Positions 38,935 through 52,519 of a stretch of DNA of 64,000 nt are shown in pieces. The notes under the pieces are model-generated. The model saw only the letters and a list, made by a program, of their open reading frames with translations. It was not told the DNA's origin and ran no database searches. A program made the position numbers and the translations under genes. The stretch's first letter is position 1. The number at the start of each line of letters is the position of its first letter. The DNA comes from Eledone cirrhosa (taxonomy: Eukaryota): assembly GCA_964016885.1 (NCBI GenBank), contig OZ024746.1:8122001-8186000 (forward strand), in the 5' to 3' direction.

Positions 38935-39695
38935 TTAATTACTAGTTAGACGTGGTTCCCACCGACAAGCAACCTTCTTCAAGCCAAGTTCTTTGTGTAG
39001 AATATTTTTAACTCTATCACAGGATATGTTAACAGCATTGGCTAATTGATCTACAGTCAAGCGCCTGTCATCCATCACCAACTGGCGGATACGGTCAACG
39101 TTTTCCTTAGTGGTGGCAGTTATAGGACGTCCAGACCTTGGGTCATCTTCAATATTCTCCCTTCCCCTCTGAAATTCAGTTACCCACTTTTGCACTGTTG
39201 ATAAAGCTGGAACATCATCCCCTAATGTAGCAACCATGTCAGCATGAATGTCTTTGGGGGCTAAACCCTTTTTCAGCAGGTACTTGATAATACCACGATG
39301 CCAATTTTTCTCCATTTTCGAAAGAAGTTCCTACTAGTTACTTTTGAAGTTTCTTTCAACAGTCAGATGTCAGTTTACCTGGAAAGAAATATTGCTTTCT
39401 TTATTAACCACAAGGGTTGACACAAAGTAAAACATTAAGGACAATACAGGATGGTACAAATGGGCATTTCTGCGTGTAAAAAAAAACAAAAAAAAAACAG
39501 AGGATGTAACAAAAAAGAAACAATGAAAAATTCCCCAATAGGGGGGAGAATTCCGAAGGACACTCATGGAGAAAGCCAACCTGGAAAGAAATAATGCATT
39601 ATTAATAAGAAGAATTGAAATTGATGCAAGCAAGATTTCATAGCTCTAGCATCACTCTTTCAATCAGCCTATGAATTTTTCAGCCCACCCTTGTA
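38935..39695 (-). mobile_element. Mariner transposon 5' part (TIR + N-terminal HTH of transposase)
   Basis: ORF MEKNWHRGIIKYL...STVQKWVTEFQRGRENIEDDPRSGRP...CRWEPRL (WVP motif). TIR tacaagggtgggctgaaaaattcatagg at about 39668-39695. Confidence 0.9.
39392..39578 (-). mobile_element. Short Tx1/L1 3'-end insertion within the mariner
   Basis: 15-bp TSD acctggaaagaaata (39377-39391, 39579-39593). Its 3' end cccttgtggttaataaagaaagcaat resembles ccctggtggcaaataaatagcaagt of the Tx1 at about 14890-14913. Confidence 0.7.
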
Positions 39696-40338
39696 TATAA
39701 TTAAATCTCTCCATGCAAACATACATATATGTCCTCAAGTGGTCATTTTGGTGTCACGATAAAAAGCACCCAGTTTCTGCTGTAAATGTGGTTGGCATTC
39801 GGAAGGGCATCAGAAACCTAGACAAAGTTCTGTATGAGCAAAACAAGCTTTTCTCACAACAGGACAACTCATCTAACCCTTGCTAGCATAGAAAAATGGA
39901 CATTAAACAGAGATGATGATCATCATCACCATCATCATTATCATCATGATCGTGGAAGATGTCTCAGCTGTTCTCGGTTGTTTGGTTTGCCTCTCTCCCT
40001 CCCTCTCTATCACCCCAGCACACTCATCTCTCTCTCTACCCAAACCTAAATAATACATAAATAAGCAAGCAACATCCAATCAATATACAACACAAAGAGA
40101 CACTGTTAGAGAATATAACAGTTTTACAAGGAAAGAAACGGAGTAGAAGTGGAGTTGGGGGAGAGAAACAACAACACCAACAACAATAACAAAAAATACT
40201 TAAAAATTGCCAAATAACATTCGTGAATATTCTTATTATCAGAATCATCGTTACTGTCATTGTCATTGATTTATTATCAGTTTTCTCAAGTCTGCATATT
40301 TTGAACACATTTCTCTCCCTCAACTCCTCCTCTCTCTT

Positions 40339-40415
<77 letters not shown>

Positions 40416-41347
40416 TACATATATAATATATACATACACATTACATACAAACACAAACATATATATAGGAAACAGAATTTGCTTCCCGAAATAGTCTATT
40501 ATTCCTATTTTATATATATATTAGCAGGGAGAACAGACGCTAAATTATAATACACACACATATATATACATACACATATATACATACATACACACGTATA
40601 TATATATACACACATTTATATATATATATATATATATATACATATATACATACACATATATATATATACACATATATACATACATACACACATATATACA
40701 TACATTTACATATACATATACACACATATATATACATATATACACATACATATATACATAATCATATATATATTTAGAAACAAATTTTCTTTAATATATA
40801 TATATAATTAAAAGACAAACTTATGTCTGATTAACATTTTGGATACTGAGGTTTTTTCCAATACTCGGCATCATTTCTAACACATTCTTTTATTTTTAGA
40901 GATAGATAAGGAAAAATATTTCAAATAAGATTTGCAAGGTCACATTGTATTCTTCATTTTTTGTATCTTTCATTCATTATGAAGGAACTATAGGGTGGTG
41001 GATTGGTAGAGCATTGGACAACATGCTTTGTGGCATATTGTTATGGCCCTTTACATTCCGAGTTCAAATCCTGCAGAGGTTAGCTTTGCCTTTCATCATT
41101 ACGTACCAGTAATGCACTGGAGTTGATCCAATCAACTCTCTCCCAAAAAATAATTGTTGGCCTTGAGCCTAAATCAGAAAACCTTATCGAGGAAATATGC
41201 CATAATTTACCCCTAATAGAAATTAACATCAGAATGTAGTTGAACAGTAAAAATATATGTCTATAGTGTTTACATGAACACTACTACATCCTCAAAATCC
41301 TTGATACTCCTGCCCCCAGTTCTATAAAACAATAAAACAAAACCACC

Positions 41348-41544
41348 TACTGTATATACTTGAATATAAGCTGACTCCACTATTTTATGTCTGAGAAATG
41401 GGCAAAAATCCAAACCTTATTTATGTAGAATTTGAAGTTGGTGAAAATTGTCAAAATATTGACCCCAAATATAAGCCGACCCCCTTCTATCATTGATTTT
41501 TTTTGGTCACATATTCCTTGGCTTATATTTGAGTATATACAGTA
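41348..41544. mobile_element. Tigger/pogo-type MITE
   Basis: TIRs ta|ctgtatatacttgaatataagc ... gcttatatttgagtatatacag|ta with TA TSD. Related fragment at 48425-48510. Confidence 0.8.
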
Positions 41545-42428
41545 TTTTAAATTATTCCTATTTACCTGAAAATCTCCAAACATAATTTGATATAAGACCC
41601 TTCTGTAATGTTAAAAATACCATCTTAGTGAAATATGTAATAATTGTAGTAAATCTCTCCAAATTATTCATTAATTCAAGTAGTGTATTTCATTAGAAAT
41701 ACAGTAATGAAATGGTTAAGCTGTTATATCTTGGATGTCCTATCAAAGTTGCAGACTATCTCTCCCACAGATGGTCTCTGCATTTATTTCCAGTGACTAC
41801 TTGGTTAGTGATAATAGTGGAGCCTCGATCAAGCAGCAAAATCTTCTTCAAATCACACCAGACTGTATTGGAGGAGAAAAGGAAAGATTGGATAATGTAG
41901 TCATATACAATATCATCATCATTTAACGTGTGTTTCTATCATAGTTATACAGGTCTTTTCCAACACAGCACCCCTCCACTTGGTGTGGTTGTTTGTCATT
42001 TCCTCTGTGAGCTTCAATGATTTGAGATCATCTCTCACAAATTCTGCCCAAGACTTCCTTGGTCTTGTTCTACTACAGCTTCCTACCACTGGGATTTCTT
42101 GGCATTTCTTCATCCAGCAGAATTCTACAGATCTTCACACATGAGTGAAAGAATCAATCTGCTGCCTGGTTTAGCACCAATACGTGGCCCTTGCAGATCT
42201 TTAATGGAATCCACTCTGTTGTAAGCATTTTAACCAGATTTCCAGTTTGAAGTTCATGTGTATTGTTTGATATATTCCTATATATGACATTCACTCTTGA
42301 ATTCATATTATATTATATATGTGTGTGTTATTATTATAGGATCTAATGCTTGATGGCTAAGCTTAAACCATTTCAATAGATATCAAAACATCTTAACTTG
42401 GCCATCTGGCATTAGATCCTATAATAAT

Positions 42429-42611
42429 TGTTTCTACTTTTAGCACAAGGCCAGCAATTAGCCAGTACATTACTGGTACTTTATTTTATCGACCCCATAA
42501 GGATGAAAGGCAAAGTTAACCTCAGCAGGATTTGAACTCAGACCATAAAGGGACGTAACTATGCTGGAAAGCATGGTGTCCGACCCTCCACCGATACTGC
42601 CAATTCGCCGC
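42429..42611 (-). mobile_element. Full-length Meta-like SINE with 17-bp TSD
   Basis: TSD ttagatcctataataat at 42412-42428 and 42612-42628. Confidence 0.88.
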
Positions 42612-43844
42612 TTAGATCCTATAATAATATCTACAATATTCTCCCTATGTATGGAGTACTATGCTGAATAATGGTCATGCTTGCATGGGTTAGACGGGCT
42701 TACATGTTATCAGGCAACTCAGGTATTTTGGCTTGGTTTCTATGGCTGGATGCCCTTCCTAACACCACCCACGTTATCGTGTATACTGGGTGCTTTTTAT
42801 GATGGCATCAAAACGACCACCTTACAGGGTGAACTGAGAAATTTTTATTGTGTCATCAATACTATCACCTTACAGGGTGGACTGGGTGTTTTTTATTTGT
42901 GTCACCAGCATGATCACCTTACAGTGTGGACCGAGTGCTTTTGTTGCTGAGGTGCCAGATCAGCATACAAGGGTGGACTTTGAAACATGTCCATCTTTCG
43001 TGGGTTGGGCAGGTAAGCAAGTTCGACATTGATTAGGTATGGAATATTTAGCAGGTTGGAGTGGGGTATAAGATGAGGGTGGGATGGATATATATATATA
43101 TGCATTCACACACATGTATGTGTGTATATATATATATATATACACACACACATAAACACACATTATCACCTTTGAAACTTAATCTGTCACTAAAACTAAC
43201 AAGAGAACAATGGATTTATATGTATATTTAGACAAAGGAGTTGAGTTCTGTTCAGAAATTCATGGAAAATACAACTATTTTTGTTACCTATGTAATAAGA
43301 GGTGACACCTGTCTTATTATGACAAGTAGGTGCTATTTTATTGCTCTTATGCAGTGAATTAGCTTAGAGAAAGCTTTTACAGTATATGCCAGTGTGTGTA
43401 TATATATCCTCAATTGTTCCTGTCACCTGTTGTCTATTGCTATAGGACTTGGTATATTTAGGAGAAAAGCAAAGTTTGTAAAAATAATTATTAACCCTTT
43501 AGCATTTAAACTGGCCATATCCGGCCAGAACTCTCTCACCTCTTTCAAACTGGCTGTAACTGGCTGTTCATACTTACATTAAGTTATGGTTCTCAAAATA
43601 AATAACCTTACAATCTCATAGATTTGATATCATGTGTGATAATTATGTAAGATAAAGCCTTTACCACAAAAATACAGCAGTATATAGAGTAATGTAAATA
43701 CTAAAGGGTTAAATGATAGAGAGATTGAGCATTCCTCACTTGTTTATCTGCCGGGTATCCATGGGGCAAGCAAAGATGCAAAACAGGGTTGATAGAAAGC
43801 CATCGAGTCTCAGTTTTATTTGAGCCCACCTAATGCATGCCATT

Positions 43845-44105
43845 GTGGAGGTACGTGGCCTAATGGTTAGGCTTACAATCATAATGTCATGGGTTCGATT
43901 CCTGGGCTGGGTTGCGTGTAGTGTTCTTGAGCAAAACATTTCATTTCACATTGCTCCAGTATACGCAACTGAAAATGAGTACCAGCAATAGCTGGGGGTT
44001 TAACCCTGCAATAGACTGGCATCATATCTAGGGGAAATCTTGTACTCTCAATTGTTTAACGTCAGAGAAACCAGGATAAGCACCAGCCTCTGGGATCAAG
44101 ACAGA
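43845..44105 (+). mobile_element. tRNA-derived SINE
   Basis: A box tggcctaatggttagg, B box gggttcgattcc, body gtgttcttgagcaaaacatttcatttcacattgctccagt. Relatives at 44715-44830 (-), 50915-51050 (-) and 57918-58170 (+). Confidence 0.8.
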
Positions 44106-45639
44106 CTTTAGACTTTTTTTTTTTAGAATGCACACCCTTGGTGTAAAATTTGGTCATCCAAAAGTAACAACGTGGTTCCATCCATGCCTGGCATGTCCCC
44201 GGATCTGTCTTTCAGATATTTGACTTAGGTATATCTCAACTGTGAGCTCATCAGAGGTGGCATGGTCAAGATATCCGATGGACAGAAGCAATGTTATCAA
44301 ATAAATGGACAACCACCATATGCTCATAAGGTGTGTTGGATCTACATAGGTTTGATGCACTGGACAGCCAGCTCGTGAAATTAACATGCAAGTGGCAAAA
44401 CCAACTGGCTGGAGACTCAGAGGTAGATCCTGAGCAAAATGGTTGGATGACATCCATGAGCTTGGCTAGTCTCGCTCGGGGATCCAGTTGGATCAGTTGG
44501 AGATAGTTGCTTCTGACAGGACCCACTGGAAGGAGTGTTTGAGGACTTTGCCCCCGCGACCCTCTTAGCAATAAGTGGGCAAAGAAGTGGTTGACCATTC
44601 CACAACATATTATATGTACTCTTTACTTAATTCTCAGGGAGATTCAGTATAATACTATGTGTGACGACAGACTGGCCTTTTGAATTATAATTACAACTGA
44701 TTTTTTTTGTGTCCTTCATCTGAATGAACTGGAGCAACAGGAAATCAAATGTCTTGCTCAAGAACACAAACAGTAATGTGTCACCAGGAATCGAACTCTT
44801 GACCTTTCAATCATGAGCTAAACACTCTCCCCTAATCCCTAAATTATACACCTTCATGACAATGTAATAAGAGGTGACATTTGTCTTGAGAATGTAACTA
44901 GTTATTACAATACTCTGTTTAACCCTTTAGCATTTACATTACTCTATATAGACTATTGTATTTTCATGGTAAAGGCTTTATCTTAAATAATTATCTCACA
45001 TAATATCGAATCTATGAGATTTTGATATTATGTATTTTGAGAACAATTCCTTAAGATCATTATGAGTGGCTGGTTACATCTGGTTTGAACAGAAAGAGGT
45101 GAGAGAATTCTGGCTGGATACGGCCAGTTTCAATGCTAAAGGGTTAAATAGTAAACAAAAGTTGTCACACACTCAATTTGGAGAAAGCTTTTATCAGTAA
45201 GTTGATATATAATTATTTCTACTTTTGGCACGAGGCCAGCAATTATCCCAGTGCATTACTGGTACTTTATTTTATCGACCCCCGTAAGGAAGAAAGGCAA
45301 AGTTAACCTCGGCGGGATTTGAACTCAGGACCGTACCTCTTTGCTGCAAAGCATGGCGTCCGACCCGCTACCGATTCTGCCAATAGCTTTATATATGGCA
45401 TATGTTTTCTAGATTGTAGATTTACAAAGAGCTATTGGAATAGTCAGATAGGAGGAATTTATAGTTTTCCTAATTCACATTCCCTATTTGTTTTTCATTG
45501 TTTTTATTTATTTAAAAGACATTACTTACTAGTTTGCTTGTTCTACAGCTTCAAGATATGTGTATGTGAGTGTGCATCAAGATATGTATATATATATATA
45601 TATGTGTGTGTGTGAGAGTGAGTGAGTAAGTGCATGATG

Positions 45640-45680
<41 letters not shown>

Positions 45681-45739
45681 ACTGAGTGCATGAAGATATG
45701 TACATATATATGTGTGTGTGTGTGTGAGTGAATGAGTGC

Positions 45740-45772
<33 letters not shown>

Positions 45773-45873
45773 CATATATATGTGTGTGTGTGTGTGTGAG
45801 TGAGTGAATGAGTGCATATATATATATATATATACATATATATGTGTGTGTGTGTGTGTGTGAGTGCATGAAG

Positions 45874-46090
45874 CTATATCTATATATATAAAGTTGTAGT
45901 TCCTGTCTGTTTGTTTGGTTGTTTGTTCACGAACTCCTCCTATGGTTTTGGAGATAGACCCCCATAACCATATATATTCTGAAACTACATTGTCCAGGGT
46001 ACTTGGATAAGTATATTTCATTTTAATCAAAGGGTTCCCTGGGGGCACAATCCCTCGCTGAAAATTTGTTTCCCTTCGATTTATATGAAA
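45874..46090 (+). mobile_element. Non-autonomous Helitron/Helentron (DINE-like) 5' fragment
   Basis: tctatatatataaag followed by a (GTTT/GTCT) microsatellite and core ttcacgaactcctcc. Similar start at about 31381. Confidence 0.5.
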
Positions 46091-46512
46091 TTTAAACCAT
46101 AGGGTTTAAATTTGAACTCAGAATGTAAAGGGCTGTAACTATATGTCATAGAGAATGTTGTCTGACACTCTACCGATACTGCCAATCTACAGCAGTTATA
46201 ACAAGGTAGAGTATGGGTAGATACAGTGTACATCAAAACTTATGTGTACTTTACCCACATACACACACATGCAACAACAGGTACGTGAAGAAACACTCAG
46301 ATACACACATGCAAGCACACAAATACACATACATAAGCACACAATTATACATACATAAGCACACATACACAACCACATATGTATGTGTGAGTTTATGCAT
46401 CTGTGTGTACGCGTGACTGTGCAAGCCCATAGATACTGATATATCGCCTGTATGTCTGTCTGTATGTATGTATGTATGTATATATATATATATATATATA
46501 TATGTACGTATG

Positions 46513-46543
<31 letters not shown>

Positions 46544-46994
46544 TGGAAAGTGGTAAATCTTTTCAAGAACATATAGATAATATTCCATTGATTTTTAGTA
46601 ATTAGCTGATCTCAAAACATAATGCAGCTTCTTTTCTGTGAGAGAAAACAATACCATTACTGATTGAATATTGCAATTGATAGACAGACTTCATTATGTT
46701 TGAATATATCAAACAGTCCTCTTTCTAAACTGATACATTGCACTTGAAGTTAAGAAAAAAAAAAGGCCATTATTCTTGTAACACTACAATAAATGTCCAT
46801 CCTGTTTTTTTCTTCTACATCTGCAAAAAAATACATTCATTAGTATTTTGTTGTTGCTGTGGTTGTTTTCACAACCTAAGCCAGCCTACAACAGACCTTT
46901 GATTAAACCTTTTAATACCAAACTACCTTTAATCCTATGATGAAAAACTGTTTGTTTTTAAATGATCATGTTTAAATCTAGATGATTAGATCTT

Positions 46995-47245
46995 TATATA
47001 ATAATAATAATGAAATATTGTGTACAGTGCTCAGGTGCACTACAACTCATCAAAAAGTGTATGTATAGTACAAACATCAGGAAAATGAACAGTGCATGTG
47101 TGCATGTGTATGGAAGGGGTACATCAGGTGTAGTTTTGGCATATTTCGGGAAGCATGAGTGTCTTAAAGGATGCAGTGTCTCGGCAGCTAACAACTGATG
47201 CAGGCAGTTTGTTCCATGCTTCAGCAACTCTGAGCGTGATTTCAT
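46995..47245 (-). mobile_element. CR1-group LINE 3' end
   Basis: Minus strand LRVAEAWNKLPASVVSCRDTASFKTLM, then a 3' UTR ending in (ATT)n. Tail fragment also at 10505-10570. Confidence 0.8.
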
Positions 47246-47645
47246 TTAACCCTTTCATGACCACATTTCTTATGAAATACACTCTGTCTTGATTAATTAA
47301 TGAAAAGTTTTGAGGGATTTACTAAAATTATTAATTCTTTCATTACTAAGATAGTAACTTAATGTGAGGTTCTTATATAAAATTATGTTGGAAGATTTTA
47401 ATTTAAATTGGAAACCTTTAAAATGGGTGGTTTTATTCCATAGAATCAGCTGGTTTTAGCTGGGTTGGTAATAAAAGGGTTAAATAGTAATATATTGGAG
47501 ATGATTGCTTCTGACAAGATCCTATGGAAGGCATGCTTAAGGACTCTAATTTTATCATAAATAAATTAGTAGATTTGGAATTTGCAGACAAAAATTTACA
47601 AAAAGACTTCTTGATTATTACATCTTTATATCTTATTTAAATAAT

Positions 47646-47833
47646 TGTTTCTACTTTAGGCACAAGGCCAGCAAAATACCCAGTGCATTACTGGTACTTT
47701 ATTTTATCGACCCCGTAAAGATGAAAGGCAAAGTCAACCTCGGCGGGACTTGAACTCAGATCATAAAGGGACGTAACTATGCTGGAAAGCATGGCATCCG
47801 ACCCTCTACAGATACTGCCAATCCACCGCCTAA
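47646..47833 (-). mobile_element. Full-length Meta-like SINE with 18-bp TSD
   Basis: TSD atatcttatttaaataat at 47628-47645 and 47834-47851. Confidence 0.88.
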
Positions 47834-47889
47834 ATATCTTATTTAAATAATAACAGTTTATAAAATATCATATAATTGTATTTTCAATT

Positions 47890-48330
47890 CGGTATTTGTG
47901 CCAACCCTTACCTATGGTCATGAAACTTGTGTAATGGACCAAAAGATTATGATTACGAATACAAGCAGCCAAACATGGGTTCCTCCAAAGGGTCTTTGGA
48001 ATAATGTTACTTGATAGAGTGCGTAGCTCAGAGTTCAGATAACCACTCCTGGTAGAGCTGCTACTTCTCCAAATTGAGAGATCACAGCTCCAATACTATG
48101 AGCATGTGGTTAGAATGTCTGAGGAAAAGATTTTACAGGTAAAACCAACCGGCAGGAGACCCAGGAGTAGACCCCCGAGCAAGATAGTCGGATAACATCC
48201 ATGAACTTGGCTGGTCTCACTTGAGGATCGAGTCGGATCACTTGGAGATGGTTGCTTCTGACAGGACTTGCTGGGAGGAGTGTTTGAGGGCTCTGCTCCG
48301 ATGACTCTCTCAGAGATAAATGTGCAAAGC
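47890..48330 (+). mobile_element. RTE/Rex3-like LINE 3' fragment
   Basis: SVFVPTLTYGHET...RIQAA and LLLQIERSQLQYYEHVVRMS motifs, with frameshifts. Confidence 0.8.
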
Positions 48331-48789
48331 AGAAGAGAAAAAAATTAAATAAATTTAATGGATGTATATATACAGCGTATATATATATATATACACACAC
48401 ACACACCGTATATGTATATACAGCGTATATACTTGAATATAAGCCGACCCCACCACCATTTTACCATCAATTTTTTGGTAACATTTCTTGGGTTATATTC
48501 GGGTTTATATATATATATATATATAAGAATAGGCTGACTATGACGGAGTGATGCTAGTGCTGTGAAATCTTGCATGCATTAATTTCAACTCCTCCTATTA
48601 ATAACTGCATTGTTTCTTTCCAGGAACTATGTTGAAAAATAAATCTCATTTGGTCATTCCATGAGAGTATCTTAGTCAGCTTATAAAATTTTCGGCCGAC
48701 ACTTGTGCATATATATATGTGTGTGTGTGAGTCCTGGGTTCAATCAGTGGTAACCACAGTAAGTGAAGTACTCAATATATTAGTAGTGT

Positions 48790-49087
48790 ATATAAAAATG
48801 GCTTCTACAGGACTAGAACTGTTTAATTCGTAAGAAATCATCAGGAAAGCCAGCTCTCATTGTAATATGGTGATATTTATGTGGTTTTTGGTGGTTGGGG
48901 AAGGTGGTGATTTTGAAGGGTAAAATCCCTTGGCCAACCACCTTTACCCTTCCTCAAAATCACCACCTTCCCCAACCACCAAAAATAAAACACATAAATA
49001 TCACCATATTACAATGAGAGCTGGCTTTCCTGTTGATTTTTTTTTACAAATTAAAGAGTTCTAGTCCTGTAGAAGCCATTTCTATAT
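48790..49087. repeat. Long imperfect palindrome (foldback/MITE-like), arms about 135-145 bp
   Basis: aaatggcttctacaggactagaac...ggtggtgattttgaagggtaaa is mirrored by tttacccttcctcaaaatcaccacc...gttctagtcctgtagaagccattt. Confidence 0.85.
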
Positions 49088-51736
49088 TAAATTTTATATA
49101 CATATGTGTGTGTGTGTATGTATGTGTATGTGTGTGTGTGTATATATATAATTCTACAGCCATCTAGTCAAGAATTACAGAACGTATAACTGAAATTCTA
49201 ACAGAAAGATCTGTGTAACTCAAGTATTCTCGTTTGCACTTCAAGATGATGGTTCAGAGATAATGAATGGAAACTGGAAAATTGTAAGTAAAAATAGATT
49301 TGATTATGGAAAATAACCAGAGAGTTAAATAGGCCAGTGTTACAAACATAATTCCTGGAACTGAAAATCAATAAATTTAAGAGGCTTGTGTATTTAGGAC
49401 AGAATATTGTCCAAACATCAGTCCTTTACATAATTTTATAAATTAATCTGAGTGGTAAGGATGACTTTAAATATTATGAACATTAGCTGGCCCTGTGCTG
49501 TCAAAAATGGTAGCTAATTGGAGTATTATATATATAAAAAGGGTACAAAGCTAAGTTTTTAGTTTCATCATCATTTAAGACAGATGTTAAATGATGATGA
49601 TGATGATGATGATGATGAATTCTTTATTACAAACTTTTTTTGTGGATAAAACATCTGCAACTAACATAGATAACCAAGATAATATTTTGGTGTGTATATA
49701 CATATATGTATATATATGTATGAGTATATAAATATATACACACATACACTCACACAAGTGTAAATATATTCACACAAACGCACATACACTCACACAAACA
49801 CACACACACACACACACAAGTATAAATATATTCACACAATAATTGTTTCTACTTTAGGCACAAGGCCAGCAATTCTGGGGGTAGAGAAAATTGATTAAAT
49901 CAACCCCAGTGCATTACTAATGCTTTATTTATTGACCCCGTAAAGATGAAAGACAAAGCCAACCTCGGTACATATACACCCACAAGTGTAGTGAATCTTA
50001 GAATGCTGGTCGCTATTTTCTAATTTGTCAGTACGCCCTTCCTTTCAGTGACACACAAATATATAAACATATACACATTTGCTATTATAGTTTATGGCGG
50101 TGGATTGGCAGTATCGATAGAGGGTCGGACGCCATGCTCTGCAGCAAAGAGTTACGGCCCTTTATGGTCTGAGTTCAAATTCCGCCAAGGTTAACTTTGC
50201 TTTTCATCCTTATGGGGTCGATATAATAAAGTACCAGTAATACACTGGAATAATTGCTGGCCTTGTGCCAAGAGTAGAAACAATATGTCCGGGTTTCTTG
50301 CATGATCAAATGGATTAACTTTGTAAACATTTTTAATTTCTCTTGTAAAAAATGAATATTGATTATTTTTAAACATTGGCACAAGGCAATAAATTGGAGG
50401 GAAAGTATAATTTATTAAACTAGCCCCAGGACTTGACTGTTATTTTATTTTATCACAGCTTGGGTGGATGAAAAGCAAAGTTAACTCTTTAGAATTTACA
50501 TTATCTATATTATTGAAGGGGGGGCAGTATCGGTAGAGGGTCGGACACCATGCTTTGACTCATAGAGTTACGGCCCTTGCCATTCTGAGTTCAAATCCCG
50601 CCGAGGTTAACTTTGCCTTTCATCCTTACGGGGTCGTTAAAATAAAGTACCAGTAATGCACTGAGTAATTGTTGGCCTTGTGCCAAAAGTGTAGAAACAA
50701 TTATATATCATCATCATCATCATCATTTTACGTCCACTTTTCCCTGCTTGCAAGGGTGGGACGGGAACTGATTCTGGCTTGATTTCTACAGCTGGATGCC
50801 CTTCCTAACACCAACCTCATTTACAGTGAGTGCTGGGTGCTTTTTTGCCGTGGCACCTCCACGACCACTTTGCAGTGGAATAATAGGGACCCCAGTCCCT
50901 ATCATCTCCTTTCTACAGCTGAGTAAACTGGAGCAATGTGAAATAAAGTGTCTTGCTCAAGGAAACAACACATCACCCGGTCTGAGAATTGAACTCACAA
51001 CCTTTCGATTGCAAGGCCAATGCTCTAACCACTAAGCCATGTGCCTCCATACTATTGTATTTTACTGGTAAAGGCTTTAACTCACATGGTATTGAATCTG
51101 TGAGATGTTGATATTATTTATTTTGAGAACAATACCTTAACATAAGTAAGAGTGTCTAGCTACAGCTGGTTTGAACAGAAAGAAATGAGAGAATTCTGGC
51201 TAGATACAGTCAGTTTAAATGCTAAAGGGTTAATAGATTCTTCTTCTTTGCCCACTTATTTCTGAGAGGGTTAGAGGGGCAGAGTCCTTAAACACTCCTT
51301 ACAGCAGGTCCTATCAGAAGCAACCAGCTCCAACTGATCCGGCTTGATCCCTAAGCAAGACTAGCCAAGCTCATCGATGTTATCCAACCAGCTTGCTTGG
51401 GGTCTACCCCTGGGTCTCCTGCCGGTTAGTTTTGCCTGTAAAATCTGTCCAGCAATTCTTTCCTGGGATATTCTAACCACTTGTCCGTAGTATCAGAGCT
51501 GTGATCTCTCAATTCGGAGTAGAGGCTCTATCAGGAGTGACTCTCTCATCTCCAAGCTACGCACTCTATCAAGTAACGTTACTCCAAAGACCCTTGGGAG
51601 GAACCCCGTTTCAGCCGCATTCAAGTTAATAGGTAAATATTTAAGACTAAAAGGAAGAATATAAATTTTTATATCTACATATCCTTTTGCTATAAAAATG
51701 GTAAATGTATGTATATATATATATATGTGTATATAT

Positions 51737-51802
51737 GATTCTGATGAGCTTATTCTAACAGGAATTAATATTCTGGTTAATATAACGAAACAGTCATAAA
51801 TC
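51737..51802 (+). ncRNA. Type I hammerhead ribozyme motif (degenerate helix I)
   Basis: gatt-CTGATGA-g...taacaggaat(taat)attctggtta...c-GAA-ACAGT-C-ataaatc: intact core, long helix II, GUC triplet, imperfect helix I. Confidence 0.6.
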
Positions 51803-51825
51803 AATGAAATGATTTAATTTAAATT

Positions 51826-52452
51826 CGAGAGAAGATTATGTTGGTACGATCACGTGATGCGCATGAAAGATGACAGCTGTATAAAAAAGTGCAGAGTGAT
51901 CAAAATTGATGGAAGTTACGGAGTAGGTAGACCCAGAAAAACTTGGGACGACATGATAAAGTCCAACCTTGCATACTTGCACCTCTCTAAGACAATGTCA
52001 CTGGATCGAGATCTTTGGCGCCACGTAGTATTACAGAAGACCCGCCTTGCCTATGTGCAAAGTAACCTAGTCAGTAGGCCCCTCCAAACCAAACATACAC
52101 CCCAACCCACTACCCCTACTCCATCCTCCCACTCCCGACAACACCACCCTTTCTCTATAAAGTTATGTTGGTACCACAACATCCAGTCCAAACTAATGAG
52201 ATCGCGTAGGTGTCACAACAAAAAAACACACAGTCCACGCTGTAATGTGGCCGTGTAGGTAACACGGTAAAAAGTTCCCAGTCCACACTGTAAATGTGGT
52301 GGTGTTAGGAAGGGCAACCAGCCGTAGAAAACCTGTCAGATAATCCTATACAAGTGAGACACGGTCACCCGACCAATCTTGCTTCAAGTAGGACAACTCC
52401 CGTCTAACCCATGCTTGCGTGGAAGATAGATGTTAAACGATGATGATGATAT
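51826..52452 (+). mobile_element. RTE LINE 3' fragment with 3' UTR and (ATG)n tail
   Basis: [34 protein letters not shown], closely related to 56470-57090. Confidence 0.9.
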
Positions 52453-52519
52453 ATATATATATATATTGTTATACTTTGGTAGGGTCATGCTGCCAATAAA
52501 AACACCCAGTAGTTGTTTA

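Noticed and set aside
40465-40895. Hammerhead-like remnants (cccgaaatagtc at about 40486; minus-strand gatgccgag...ctcagtatccaaaa at about 40830-40880)
   Set aside because: Half of the catalytic core is missing or mutated in each.
43845-43910. tRNA gene
   Set aside because: A/B boxes are present but there is no complete cloverleaf, and the sequence continues into a SINE body.
49230-49295. Possible decayed hammerhead (agatgatggttca...tgaatggaaactgg)
   Set aside because: Core CUGAnGA and the NUH triplet are not intact.
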